DNA of 62,429 bases, filler included. It is 3 parts of 3 records of this genome, joined end to end, with 100 filler letters (N's around TTAATTAATTAA, not from the genome) between each part and the next. Parts side by side here need not be neighbours in the genome. Positions count along the whole stretch, not along the records: positions 29,471 to 55,334 come from SRR31156797_10777; positions 55,435 to 62,429 come from SRR31156797_10791; 1 more part is not named here. The stretch is one strand, 5' to 3'. The notes beneath the pieces were generated by a model, which had not been told where the DNA came from, did no database searches, and worked only from the letters and a program-made list of their open reading frames with translations. Shown here piece by piece: positions 46,464-55,435 of this stretch. Position numbers and translations under genes: made by a program. Every line of letters starts with the position of its first letter. Positions within the stretch are counted from its first letter, which is position 1.

Positions 46464-47708
46464 CTATCTCTCTTTCTGTTTTTCACTTTTGTTGTTATTG
46501 CTATCGCTATTGTATTTAGCTTTCCCTCTGTAGAAATTAGAGTTATTATTGTTTGGATTCTTAGCATTATTTTTTTGGCTATTATTTTTATTTTTCGCTT
46601 TATTACTTTTATTATTATTATTTCCAGTATTGCCGTTATTATTGTTTTTACCAGCATTGCTATTATTGTTATTTCTATTGTTTTGATTGCTTTTGTTATT
46701 TCGGTTATTACGATTACGATTTTTATTTTTTCTTCTGTTTCTGTTGTTTCTGTTTTTGTTATTGTTTTTACTATTATTTGTTTTGCCATCTTTTGATTCC
46801 AGACTTACGTCATCCCATGTTTCGTAAGGATTGTTAATACTGAAAGCATTTGCAGGCATTTTTTGTATTTTACTGATTTCCGCAGATATCTCCTCATCAC
46901 TTAAGTCCTTTATTTCTTCATACTTAAAGGTCATAACTTCGAAATTATCACCAGGCAGAATAACCTTGACTTTGCACTTTTCCTGCAGCATCAAATTGTT
47001 GATTACATTGCCGGGACCGCTGGGAGTCATAACAGGTGCGTTAGGCTTTCTAAGCATTTTTTTTGCGTCTTTATAGAAATCGTGCTCATATTCAAGACAG
47101 CACATCAATCTGCCGCACAATCCAGATATTTTTGTTGGATTTAGCGAAATGCATTGGTCTTTTGCCATTTTTATTGTAACTGGTTTGAAATCGTGGAGAA
47201 AGCCCTTACAGCAGACTTCTCTACCGCATGAGCCTAAGCCGCCCAGCATCTTTGCTTCGTCACGTACACCTATTTGACGCAGTTCTATACGGGTTTTAAA
47301 TGTAGCAGCTAAATCTTTTACTAAATCACGGAAATCCACCCTGCCGTCTGAAGTAAAGTAGAATAATATCTTTTTTCTGTCAAAGGTATATTCCACATCG
47401 ATTAATTTCATCGGAAGTTTATGTTTTTGTATTTTTTCTTCACAAATAGCGTAAGCTTCCTGCTCTTTTTGCTTATTATCTTTAAGTCTAAGAGTATCTT
47501 TCTGCGTTGCAACTCTTATGACTTTCTTAAGTGGCGGAACTATCTGATCTTCTTCCACATCTCTTGGACCTACGATGACATCACCATATTCCAAACCTCT
47601 GGCAGTTTCAACGATTACATTGTCGCCAGATTGTATCTCAAAATCACATGGATTAAAAAAGTAAGTTCGTCCAGTATCTTTGAATTTTACTCCTATTACT
47701 ATAGGCAT
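46464..47708 (-). CDS. yaaT: PSP1-domain protein RicT/YaaT with Asn/Arg-rich tail
   Basis: GRVDFRDLVKDLA, RIELRQIGVRDEAK, CGREVCC, KISGLCGRLMCCL.YE. Confidence 0.93.
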   Translation of the reverse strand: MPIVIGVKFKDTGRTYFFNPCDFEIQSGDNVIVETARGLEYGDVIVGPRDVEEDQIVPPLKKVIRVATQKDTLRLKDNKQKEQEAYAICEEKIQKHKLPMKLIDVEYTFDRKKILFYFTSDGRVDFRDLVKDLAATFKTRIELRQIGVRDEAKMLGGLGSCGREVCCKGFLHDFKPVTIKMAKDQCISLNPTKISGLCGRLMCCLEYEHDFYKDAKKMLRKPNAPVMTPSGPGNVINNLMLQEKCKVKVILPGDNFEVMTFKYEEIKDLSDEEISAEISKIQKMPANAFSINNPYETWDDVSLESKDGKTNNSKNNNKNRNNRNRRKNKNRNRNNRNNKSNQNNRNNNNSNAGKNNNNGNTGNNNNKSNKAKNKNNSQKNNAKNPNNNNSNFYRGKAKYNSDSNNNKSEKQKER

Positions 47709-47741
47709 AGTTTTATCCTTTCGGCTCGATATGCGCTTTGG

Positions 47742-48698
47742 TTATAAGTTAATCATTACATAGTCAATTACCAATTGCTTTTGAACATTTGCATTGAAGC
47801 GAATTTCTGCTTCTAATAGATGATTAAGCCTATGAAGCAGTTTGTCTTTGCTATGTATTGTTGTATACTGTTTTATTTGTGACAGTCTGTGAATGTTTTC
47901 TAATAAACTTGTATCACTAGTTTCTTTGTAGAACATACAGTCCCGGACAAATGACTGCCATACAGAAATCATATCTTGTAGTTTGTCCTTTTTATCTACT
48001 ATCTGCTTATAAGCAGTAGTTTTATTATTATCTGCTCCAATAAGCAGATTTATATACTCATCTCTTTGCTCTAAAAATTTATTGTTAGTAGCATAGTCTA
48101 TAGCTTTTCCTAATGAGCTGTTGGATATTTGTGCATATGCAGCTGATTCAATTCCGTCAATACCCCTGGATTTTAATACATTTTGAATTTGCTCACTTGA
48201 GAGATTTGGCATATTTACGATACAGCACCTTGATATTATTGTCTGCAGAATATTTGCTAAGGATGTGCACAGTAGAATTATAACTAAGTGTTTTTTTGGT
48301 TCTTCAATTATCTTGAGCAATGCATTCTGTGCTTGTGGTGTGGCTTTTTGAGCATTATCTATTATATATATTTTATATTCACTCTCATTTGGTTTAATCA
48401 GGCTTGATTTAACAATCTGCTTTATATTATCAATACCAATCGTTTTCTTATCGCCGCTATCTACATAGATTATATCAGGATGTACATTCTCCATAGACTT
48501 TTTGCAGCTTCTGCATTGACCGCATGGAGGGTTAGTAGACTCACAAAGCAAAGCACTAGCGTATATATTTGCCAAAGTTTTTTTGCCAGTGCCATAATCG
48601 CCCTGAATAATCAGGGATTGTACGATTTTTTTGTCTGCAATGCTTCTAGTAAGCCCAGTGATATGAAGGTTTGTTCCTATTATTCCGTTAAAGTCCAT
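47742..48698 (-). CDS. holB: DNA polymerase III delta' subunit
   Basis: G..GTGK, CGQCRSC..HPD, AQNALLK.IEEP, TIISRC. Confidence 0.9.
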   Translation of the reverse strand: MDFNGIIGTNLHITGLTRSIADKKIVQSLIIQGDYGTGKKTLANIYASALLCESTNPPCGQCRSCKKSMENVHPDIIYVDSGDKKTIGIDNIKQIVKSSLIKPNESEYKIYIIDNAQKATPQAQNALLKIIEEPKKHLVIILLCTSLANILQTIISRCCIVNMPNLSSEQIQNVLKSRGIDGIESAAYAQISNSSLGKAIDYATNNKFLEQRDEYINLLIGADNNKTTAYKQIVDKKDKLQDMISVWQSFVRDCMFYKETSDTSLLENIHRLSQIKQYTTIHSKDKLLHRLNHLLEAEIRFNANVQKQLVIDYVMINL

Positions 48699-48703
48699 AG
48701 AAT

Positions 48704-49033
48704 TTAGAACTTTTTAAACTGGTCAACATCCATTACGAATACAGTTGCACCGCCTACAACTACCTCTACAGGATATGGAAGATACGCTCCAGTGCTTGAG
48801 GACGTTGGTGAAGGGGCAGTGGATATCTGCTTTCGGGATTTGCAGACTTTCTCTATAATTTCCATGGCATGATCTACCTTTGCCTTCTCAACACCAATAA
48901 GCATTGTAGTGTTGCCGGCTTTTAGGAATCCGCCTGTGGTTGCTAACTTTGTAACGGATAGACCCTCGTTCATAAGAGATGACAGCAATTTACCCGCATC
49001 TTCGTCCTGAACTATGGCAATAATGAGTTTCAT
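48704..49033 (-). CDS. darA: Cyclic-di-AMP receptor (PII-like, DarA/PstA/YaaQ)
   Basis: MKLIIAIVQDED, TKLATTGGFLKAGNTT, VGGATVFV. ATG 49033 follows AGGAG. Confidence 0.93.
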   Translation of the reverse strand: MKLIIAIVQDEDAGKLLSSLMNEGLSVTKLATTGGFLKAGNTTMLIGVEKAKVDHAMEIIEKVCKSRKQISTAPSPTSSSTGAYLPYPVEVVVGGATVFVMDVDQFKKF

Positions 49034-49177
49034 TAAAAACATCTCCTTTATTCTTATATTCCTATTATAGACCAAAAGCGTTGTGTTTTGCAATTAAAAT
49101 ATGATTTGAGATGCATAGATTACAACACGATGAATAATTATTAGCAATAACAGCAATATTGTGTATAAACAAACGAA

Positions 49178-50230
49178 TTACTTTTCCATATTTCGTGTTA
49201 CTGGGTCAATCATCCAGTCATCGCTGATCTCAGTTAAGCCATATGGAAGCACTCTAGAGGTTTTCCTCAGCTTATCGAGAATCCTTGCAGCTTCTTCCCC
49301 CTCCATTATTGTAGGCTGATAATCGTTGTAGCTGGAGTTGGACGATACCTGTGCAGGTATTACTTTGCCTCCGTAAGTTTCAACTGAACCGTCATCACTA
49401 ATTTTAAATCTCTGCTGGAATAAAATAATATCAAAATCAAATGGATGATAGTTACCTGAAAAAGCCAGATTGCCTAAGGAATAGACAATGTATTTACCAT
49501 TATAGTACTCTATAGGTCCGATTACGTGAGGATGATGCCCTACAACCAAATCAGCACCTAAATCGACAGCCAGCCGACCCATGTCCTTTTGATTGCGGTT
49601 TGCTTCATACTTCTTCTCGTTGCCCCAGTGGAAATTGACTATTACAATATCATAGGTTTTCTTCATATATGGAATATCACGACGCATAGCAGCTTCGTAA
49701 TCGAATGAAGTCTGAAAGTCAGTATAGCCTAGCAGACCAATTGTAATACCATCAACTTCGTAGTAGCCTGCATTGCTTTCGCCTACAGCAACTATTCCAC
49801 TCTCATATAGTGAACGAATAGTATCTGCACGACCCTGCTCTAAATAATCATTAATATGGTTATTTGCATAGCTCACAGCTTCAATATTCCCTTCTAGTAG
49901 AATATTGATATATTCATAGGGTGCACGAAACACATAAGTTTTTTCTTTGTACTGGGAATAGTCTGTTATGGTAGTTTCCAGATTAACTATTGTCAGGTCA
50001 TCCTGAGCAAATAGTTCAGCCATATTTTCAAAAACATAGGAATAATCATTGCCTAAATCGGCAATAATGTTTACCATAGTATCTTCGCCGTCTTCTTCAT
50101 TTTTGTAGCCAATTGTTACATCACCGCCGCATGTTACCACAATATAGTTGTCATCATCTGCTAATGCATATATGGTTATATTGGATAAAGCTAATACAGT
50201 AAATATTAGTACTAATAGTTTTTTTTTCAT
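49178..50230 (-). CDS. CapA/PGA_cap-family metallophosphoesterase, exported
   Basis: Signal peptide; GDV, NLE, ANNH..DY, HWG.E, GHHPHV, YSLGN. Confidence 0.88.
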   Translation of the reverse strand: MKKKLLVLIFTVLALSNITIYALADDDNYIVVTCGGDVTIGYKNEEDGEDTMVNIIADLGNDYSYVFENMAELFAQDDLTIVNLETTITDYSQYKEKTYVFRAPYEYINILLEGNIEAVSYANNHINDYLEQGRADTIRSLYESGIVAVGESNAGYYEVDGITIGLLGYTDFQTSFDYEAAMRRDIPYMKKTYDIVIVNFHWGNEKKYEANRNQKDMGRLAVDLGADLVVGHHPHVIGPIEYYNGKYIVYSLGNLAFSGNYHPFDFDIILFQQRFKISDDGSVETYGGKVIPAQVSSNSSYNDYQPTIMEGEEAARILDKLRKTSRVLPYGLTEISDDWMIDPVTRNMEK

Positions 50231-50350
50231 AACGACATAATTATACTATAATCCGCATATAATGCCAATATTTTTGATTAGTTTGATTTATTAACATTAT
50301 TATTGTAATAAAAAGAGAACCTATAATTAATACAGATTCTCCATTTCTAT

Positions 50351-51448
50351 TTAGAATTTATTCTTTAATGCATCTTTTGATTTTTTTATATTCTTAACCA
50401 CTTTACCAAAAGCAGCTTCATGAGATTTTTGACTGCTGCCGTAGCCTTTGGTATTATTACGTCTATCATAAAAGGCTTCTACTCTTTTATGTTTATTGTA
50501 GCTCTTGAGTCTTTGTTCACTTAATTCACCATTTGCTATTGCTTCCTTTACTGCGCATTTAGGTTCTGTGTTATGAGTACAATCTTTGAAATGACAGTTT
50601 AGTGCTAGTTCCTCAATGTCCGAAAAGGTTTCGCTCAATCCGCTGTTAGCATCAGCTAATCCGAATTCCCTCATGCCTGGTGTATCGATAATCATAGAAT
50701 TATTGCTGAGCATAAATAGTTGTCTATGAGTAGTTGTGTGTTTTCCTTTATCGTCATCATATCGAATCTCAGATACTTTCATTTTTTCAGAATCTGCCAA
50801 TGTATTTAGAAGGGATGATTTACCCACACCTGATGAGCCTAGGAATACATATGTTTTCCCTGCAATTAAGTAATCCCTGACTTTGTCAATGCCATCGTTC
50901 GTGTAGGTAGAGCAGATCAGTACATCAACACCAAATGCAACGTCATTTACCTGTGAGATATAGCTTGCAATATCTGCTCCATCCTCTACTAAATCAGATT
51001 TGGACAGAATTATCACTGGAGTAATTCCTCCATCGTATATCGCTGTAATATATCTTATAAGTCGTTCTGTGCTAAAGTCTTTGTTTAGCGACATAACAAT
51101 AAATGCAAAGTCGATATTTGCAGCTATTAGCTGAATTTCCTTTTTACTGTCATTAGGAGCTTTTCTAATTAAAGAAGACTTACGCTCTAACAAATTATGA
51201 ATAATGCTAATGCCGTTTTCCTGATGATTGACAAGAACAAAGTCGCCTATAGTAGGTACATCATAATTTGTTCCATCATAAGCGTAGCTTCCTTTTAGTT
51301 TTGCTATTGAGATACCCGAATCTGTTGCTATTTCATATTGTCCCTGAAATACCGCAGTAATTCTTGCTGGTAACAATTTGTATTCGTAGTTATTGAGTTG
51401 ATTATTAAAATAGTCAGTAAGACCATAATCTTTTAAAGTATATTTCAT
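50351..51448 (-). CDS. rsgA: Ribosome small subunit-dependent GTPase A (long form)
   Basis: SKSDL, GSSGVGKSSL, GKHTTT, IDTPG, C.F.DC.H..EP.C. ATG 51448 follows AAGGA. Confidence 0.93.
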   Translation of the reverse strand: MKYTLKDYGLTDYFNNQLNNYEYKLLPARITAVFQGQYEIATDSGISIAKLKGSYAYDGTNYDVPTIGDFVLVNHQENGISIIHNLLERKSSLIRKAPNDSKKEIQLIAANIDFAFIVMSLNKDFSTERLIRYITAIYDGGITPVIILSKSDLVEDGADIASYISQVNDVAFGVDVLICSTYTNDGIDKVRDYLIAGKTYVFLGSSGVGKSSLLNTLADSEKMKVSEIRYDDDKGKHTTTHRQLFMLSNNSMIIDTPGMREFGLADANSGLSETFSDIEELALNCHFKDCTHNTEPKCAVKEAIANGELSEQRLKSYNKHKRVEAFYDRRNNTKGYGSSQKSHEAAFGKVVKNIKKSKDALKNKF

Positions 51449-51478
51449 TATTATTCCTTTATTTAGTTGTTTTGGGCA

Positions 51479-51511
51479 AAATAATACCACAGGCAATCAA
51501 GTCCTGTGGTA
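51479..51511 (-). terminator. Terminator hairpin in the rsgA leader (attenuator)
   Basis: Minus strand TACCACAGG-ACTTGATTG-CCTGTGGTA-TTATTTT, about 30 nt before the rsgA start. Confidence 0.7.
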
Positions 51512-51542
51512 ACAATTTACGCTATAACTAAACCAAGAATTA

Positions 51543-51605
51543 CTAAATATACTTGGCACAGGACTTGCAAGATGAGACATTTTTATTTACTTTTTTCACA
51601 ATCAT
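51543..51605 (-). CDS. Putative leader peptide MIVKKVNKNVSSCKSCAKYI
   Basis: AGGAGG 7 nt before ATG 51605; overlaps the antiterminator arm at 51557-51567. Confidence 0.6.
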   Translation of the reverse strand: MIVKKVNKNVSSCKSCAKYI

Positions 51606-51731
51606 CAACTTACCTCCTGTCACGTTTATTACAGAAAAATTATATCAGATTAATACAATATTTACAATATAAAAATTTAGTAATTTTCATCGTATTTTTG
51701 TGGTACAATCAGATAGTAAAAGGATAATGAC

Positions 51732-52664
51732 ATGAGTATAATAAATGATAAAAATGCAGTACTAATAGGCGGTGCAGTGGTAGATATACTTGGTGTTCCT
51801 GAATTTATGATAGGGGAAAACTGTAAGAATCACGGCAAGGTCTCTATAACCCCCGGTGGTGTATCGTTTAATATAGCATCAAATTTAGCAAAGCTAGGTA
51901 TCAGTACTTCTTTAATCAGTGTATTCTGCGATGACGATTTATCCCAGATTCTGAGGAATGAATGCATTAAAAATAGTATTGATATATCAAACAGCAGGTA
52001 TATTGATGGGTGTTCATCACCAAAGTATCTGTGTGCTCTTGATGAAAATGGTGAAATTAAAGCAGCTATATCAGATACTAAGATTTTCGCCCAAATATCG
52101 TTAAGCTTCATAAAAGAAAAAATTGATTATATAAATTCATTTGATGTTTGCTTGATTGACGGGAATGTTAGTGAGGAAGTTTTTGAGTACTTACTTCAAA
52201 ATGTAAAAACTCCTGTTTATGTAGACCCTGTTTCAGTTGATCATAGTAAGAAGCTTACTAAACATATAGGCAGAGCAAATGCTGTAAAGCCGAATATATT
52301 AGAGGCCCAAGTATTAAGCGGGATGAAAATAAACAATACTGATGATTTGAAAGAAGCATATAATTATTTTTTAGAAATAGGACTAGAAGAGGTATTTATA
52401 TCTCTTGGAGAGAATGGACTATGCTATGGAGCAAATAATTGCTTTGGAATCATAAAGCACACCCCAACACATATCGTCAATACAAACGGAGCAGGTGACT
52501 CTATGATGGCAGGACTCCTTTACGGTAAGCTAATGGGATATACAATCAAAGAAAAAGCGAAGCTGTCAGTTGCAGTTGCAAATATCACATTGCAGAGCGA
52601 AGCAACTATAAATAATGAGCTAAATATTGAAATATTAAAAAGAAATTTGGAGTATATAAAATGA
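51732..52664 (+). CDS. psuK: PfkB-family kinase, probable pseudouridine kinase
   Basis: GGV..NIA.NLA.LG, DPVS, KPN..EA, NTNGAGDS; overlaps psuG. Confidence 0.85.
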   Translation: MSIINDKNAVLIGGAVVDILGVPEFMIGENCKNHGKVSITPGGVSFNIASNLAKLGISTSLISVFCDDDLSQILRNECIKNSIDISNSRYIDGCSSPKYLCALDENGEIKAAISDTKIFAQISLSFIKEKIDYINSFDVCLIDGNVSEEVFEYLLQNVKTPVYVDPVSVDHSKKLTKHIGRANAVKPNILEAQVLSGMKINNTDDLKEAYNYFLEIGLEEVFISLGENGLCYGANNCFGIIKHTPTHIVNTNGAGDSMMAGLLYGKLMGYTIKEKAKLSVAVANITLQSEATINNELNIEILKRNLEYIK

Positions 52665-53581
52665 AACTAGACAATTATCTGTTGGTATCAGATGAAGTAA
52701 AACAGGCTATAAAGGATAATAAAGCAGTAGTAGCACTGGAATCTACTATTATATCTCATGGTATGCCTTATCCGCAGAATGTAGAAACAGCATACAATGT
52801 TGAGAAGATAATAAGAGACAAGGGAGCTGTACCAGCCACCATTGCATTGCTTGATGGCAAAGTAAAAGTAGGACTTTCAAAGGATGAAATAGATTTCCTT
52901 GGCAGAAAAGGGTTTGATGCGAGAAAGGTAAGCAGACGAGATTTGCCGGTAGTACTGACAAAAAAGGAAGCAGGATCAACTACAGTTGCAACAACCATGA
53001 TTGGTGCAGCACTTGCAGGTATCAAGGTGTTTGCCACAGGCGGCATTGGCGGTGTTCACAGAGATGGACAGAACACTATGGACGTTTCAGCAGACTTGGA
53101 AGAGCTAGGGAAAACTGATGTTGTAGTGGTGTGTGCAGGAGCAAAGGCTATACTGGATTTGGAGCTTACACTGGAATATCTGGAGACAAAGGGAGTGCCT
53201 GTGTTAGGATATGGTACGGAAATTCTGCCAGCGTTCTACAGCAGAGATTCCAAGTATAGTGTTGATTATAAAGTATGTTCACCAAAGGAGATAGCAGATA
53301 TAATGGCTGCTAAATACTCTCTAGGTGTAAAAGGTGGTATGCTAATAGCCAATCCTATTCCAGAAGAATATTCATTTGACTATAATGAGATGGAAATCGT
53401 AATACAAAAAGCACTAAATGAAGCAGATAATAAGGGAATAAAGGGTAAGGATATTACTCCATTTCTATTGGATAAGATTAAGCAGTTAACTGATAATAGA
53501 AGTTTGGAATCAAATATCCAGTTGGTTTACAACAATGCCGGACTAGCTGCAGAAATTGCAATAGAATACGCAAAGAATTAA
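52661..53581 (+). CDS. psuG: Pseudouridine-5'-phosphate glycosidase
   Basis: VALESTIISHGMPYP, KVSRRD, FATGGIGGVHR, DVSADL, GKDITPFLL. Confidence 0.95.
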   Translation: MKLDNYLLVSDEVKQAIKDNKAVVALESTIISHGMPYPQNVETAYNVEKIIRDKGAVPATIALLDGKVKVGLSKDEIDFLGRKGFDARKVSRRDLPVVLTKKEAGSTTVATTMIGAALAGIKVFATGGIGGVHRDGQNTMDVSADLEELGKTDVVVVCAGAKAILDLELTLEYLETKGVPVLGYGTEILPAFYSRDSKYSVDYKVCSPKEIADIMAAKYSLGVKGGMLIANPIPEEYSFDYNEMEIVIQKALNEADNKGIKGKDITPFLLDKIKQLTDNRSLESNIQLVYNNAGLAAEIAIEYAKN

Positions 53582-53615
53582 GGAATAATTAATAATATCA
53601 AACAGGAGGGATAGT

Positions 53616-54494
53616 ATGAAAAAGGCTGTTATTTATTATTTTTCTGGAACCAATAATACAAAGCTGGTAACTAAGATGCTTGCTGACAGACTTAATGAAA
53701 ATGACTACGCCGTATCATTAAATGAGATCAATGCAGATTTGGTCGATAATCTATCAATTGATATTGAACCTTGTGATTTGCTGGGTGTAGCATACCCAGT
53801 GTATGCTTTTAGTTCTCCCAAGATTATTAAGAGATTTATAAAAAGATTACCCAATAGCAAAAATCAGAAGACATTTATTTTAAAGACTGCTGGAGGATAT
53901 TCAGATGTAAATAGTGCTTCCTCATGGCATGAAACAAGGGTGTTAAAGGAAAAAAGCTATAACGTTTTTTACGAAAGAACAATAGTCATGGGGTCAAATT
54001 TTCTCATTAAGTACGAGGATAGCTTTACCAAGTGCTTGTACGATACTGCTAAAGGTAAAATAAAAAATATGTCTGATGAAATAGTACTAGGGAAAGAAAG
54101 ACATCCCAAACCTAGTGGTTTCATTAGAAGTATAGCAAAATTTGTAAGCTTTTTGGAAGGAGTGTTTGGAGCGTGGGGATTTGGCTTATCGCTACATACA
54201 ACTAAAGATTGTACAAAGTGCATGAAGTGCGTAAATGACTGCGGAAATAATAATATAAAGCTAAAAAATAATAAGATAAAAATTGGAACTAAATGCCTTA
54301 TCTGCATGAAATGTGTTAATAATTGTCCTGTAAATGCCATTAAATCTACAGGTATGAGTTTCTTAATAGTCAAAGGTGGATATAATATAAATAAAATAGT
54401 AAAAGACGAAGGGATAGAGGCAATTGACCCTGACAAGGTGAAAGATGGTAAGTACAAGGAATTTTACGAGTATCTTAGAGATATTTCTAAGTAA
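53616..54494 (+). CDS. EFR1-family flavodoxin-like/4Fe-4S protein
   Basis: YFSGT.NT flavodoxin start; CTKCMKCVNDC and CLICMKCVNNCP. Confidence 0.85.
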   Translation: MKKAVIYYFSGTNNTKLVTKMLADRLNENDYAVSLNEINADLVDNLSIDIEPCDLLGVAYPVYAFSSPKIIKRFIKRLPNSKNQKTFILKTAGGYSDVNSASSWHETRVLKEKSYNVFYERTIVMGSNFLIKYEDSFTKCLYDTAKGKIKNMSDEIVLGKERHPKPSGFIRSIAKFVSFLEGVFGAWGFGLSLHTTKDCTKCMKCVNDCGNNNIKLKNNKIKIGTKCLICMKCVNNCPVNAIKSTGMSFLIVKGGYNINKIVKDEGIEAIDPDKVKDGKYKEFYEYLRDISK

Positions 54495-54584
54495 TTTTTT
54501 TCATAATTATTGTTTTATACATGCAGCTAGGGTATAGTATCATTGACGTTTTATTATATAGTTTATTAATCAATAGGAGAATTT

Positions 54585-54973
54585 ATTAAAAAGATAAAAA
54601 TAGCTGGAATAATAATTTTAATTCATGGTATTTTTGAAGTATTTGGTACAGTTGGTTCAGTGCTTGCGTCTGCTATTGAATCGGTCGATATTAGTGAATA
54701 TATGCATTTTATTCTACCAATATTCAATGAAACTTAGCTATGGTTAGATATGCAAGTGCAGTATATGTAATTCTTAGAATAATTTCAGCTTTAGGACTAT
54801 TTAAAAACAGAAAATGGGGTTTTGATTTAGCTGTTATTTTGCAGATAATAACATTAACCCTTATGATCTTTATCCTGCCAACTGGACTGATGGATGGTAT
54901 TCTTTCTGGTATTGTATTGGTTTTGCTTTTGAAGGTAAAAGAAGGCGATACAAAAATCATTAAAGGTAATTAG
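54585..54973 (+). pseudogene. Frameshifted small membrane-protein gene
   Basis: After AGGAGA, ATT-AAA-AAG reads IKKIKIAGIIILIHGIFEV...PIFNET* (stop 54735-54737). One extra A at GAAACT would join it to the tracked ORF 54740-54973. Confidence 0.6.
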
Positions 54974-55009
54974 TAAAATAATTAGTATAATAGAATAAGA
55001 AAATTAATC

Positions 55010-55041
55010 AAAGACAGCATAATATGTAATATGCTGTTTTT
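55010..55041 (+). terminator. Intrinsic terminator
   Basis: AAAGACAGCATA..TATGCTGTTTTT. Confidence 0.55.
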
Positions 55042-55176
55042 GCCTATTACCATTAATATATTATTACATTATTAATATTTAATAACTTTGATTGCTGTGG
55101 TGTTTATATTAATATAGTTCACTAGAATGTGTAAAAATGGGAATAAATAGATGATACTAGATAAATAGTATCATCT

Positions 55177-55188
55177 TGGTGTCGAAGG
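55177..55188 (-). repeat. Degenerate duplicate of the tRNA 3' end (att-like)
   Basis: TGGTGTCGAAGG versus TGGTGCCGAAGG at 55305-55316. Confidence 0.5.
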
Positions 55189-55274
55189 AGCGGATTATAA
55201 AAGGACTACAGATACAGAACCGCTTACAGTACCCCTTCAAATGATAGAATATGGGGCACAAATGGGAGTAAAAC

Positions 55275-55304
55275 AAAAGACGCATCCATTGCAGGATACG
55301 TCTT
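55275..55304 (-). terminator. Terminator downstream of the tRNA
   Basis: Minus strand AAAGACGTATCC..GGATGCGTCTTTTGTTTT. Confidence 0.7.
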
Positions 55305-55334
55305 TGGTGCCGAAGGCCGGACTCGAACCGGCAC
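55305..55334 (-). tRNA. 3' part of a tRNA (probably Leu), truncated by contig end
   Basis: Minus strand GTGCCGGTTCGAGTCCGGCCTTCGGCACCA: T-arm with GTTCGA, acceptor strand and encoded CCA. The anticodon is not visible. Confidence 0.85.
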
Positions 55335-55434
55335 NNNNNNNNNNNNNNNNNNNNNNNNNNNNNNNNNNNNNNNNNNNNTTAATTAATTAANNNNNNNNNN
55401 NNNNNNNNNNNNNNNNNNNNNNNNNNNNNNNNNN
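55335..55434. other. Artificial contig spacer
   Basis: N runs around TTAATTAATTAA. Confidence 0.97.
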
Positions 55435-55435
55435 A

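Noticed and set aside
46451-46796. Ile/Thr-rich ORFs 46451-46789 (-) and 46575-46796 (+)
   Set aside because: Alternate-frame shadows of the AAT/AAC-rich yaaT tail.
51506-51727. 73-aa plus-strand ORF
   Set aside because: No convincing RBS or motif; it lies antisense over the rsgA leader and promoter region.
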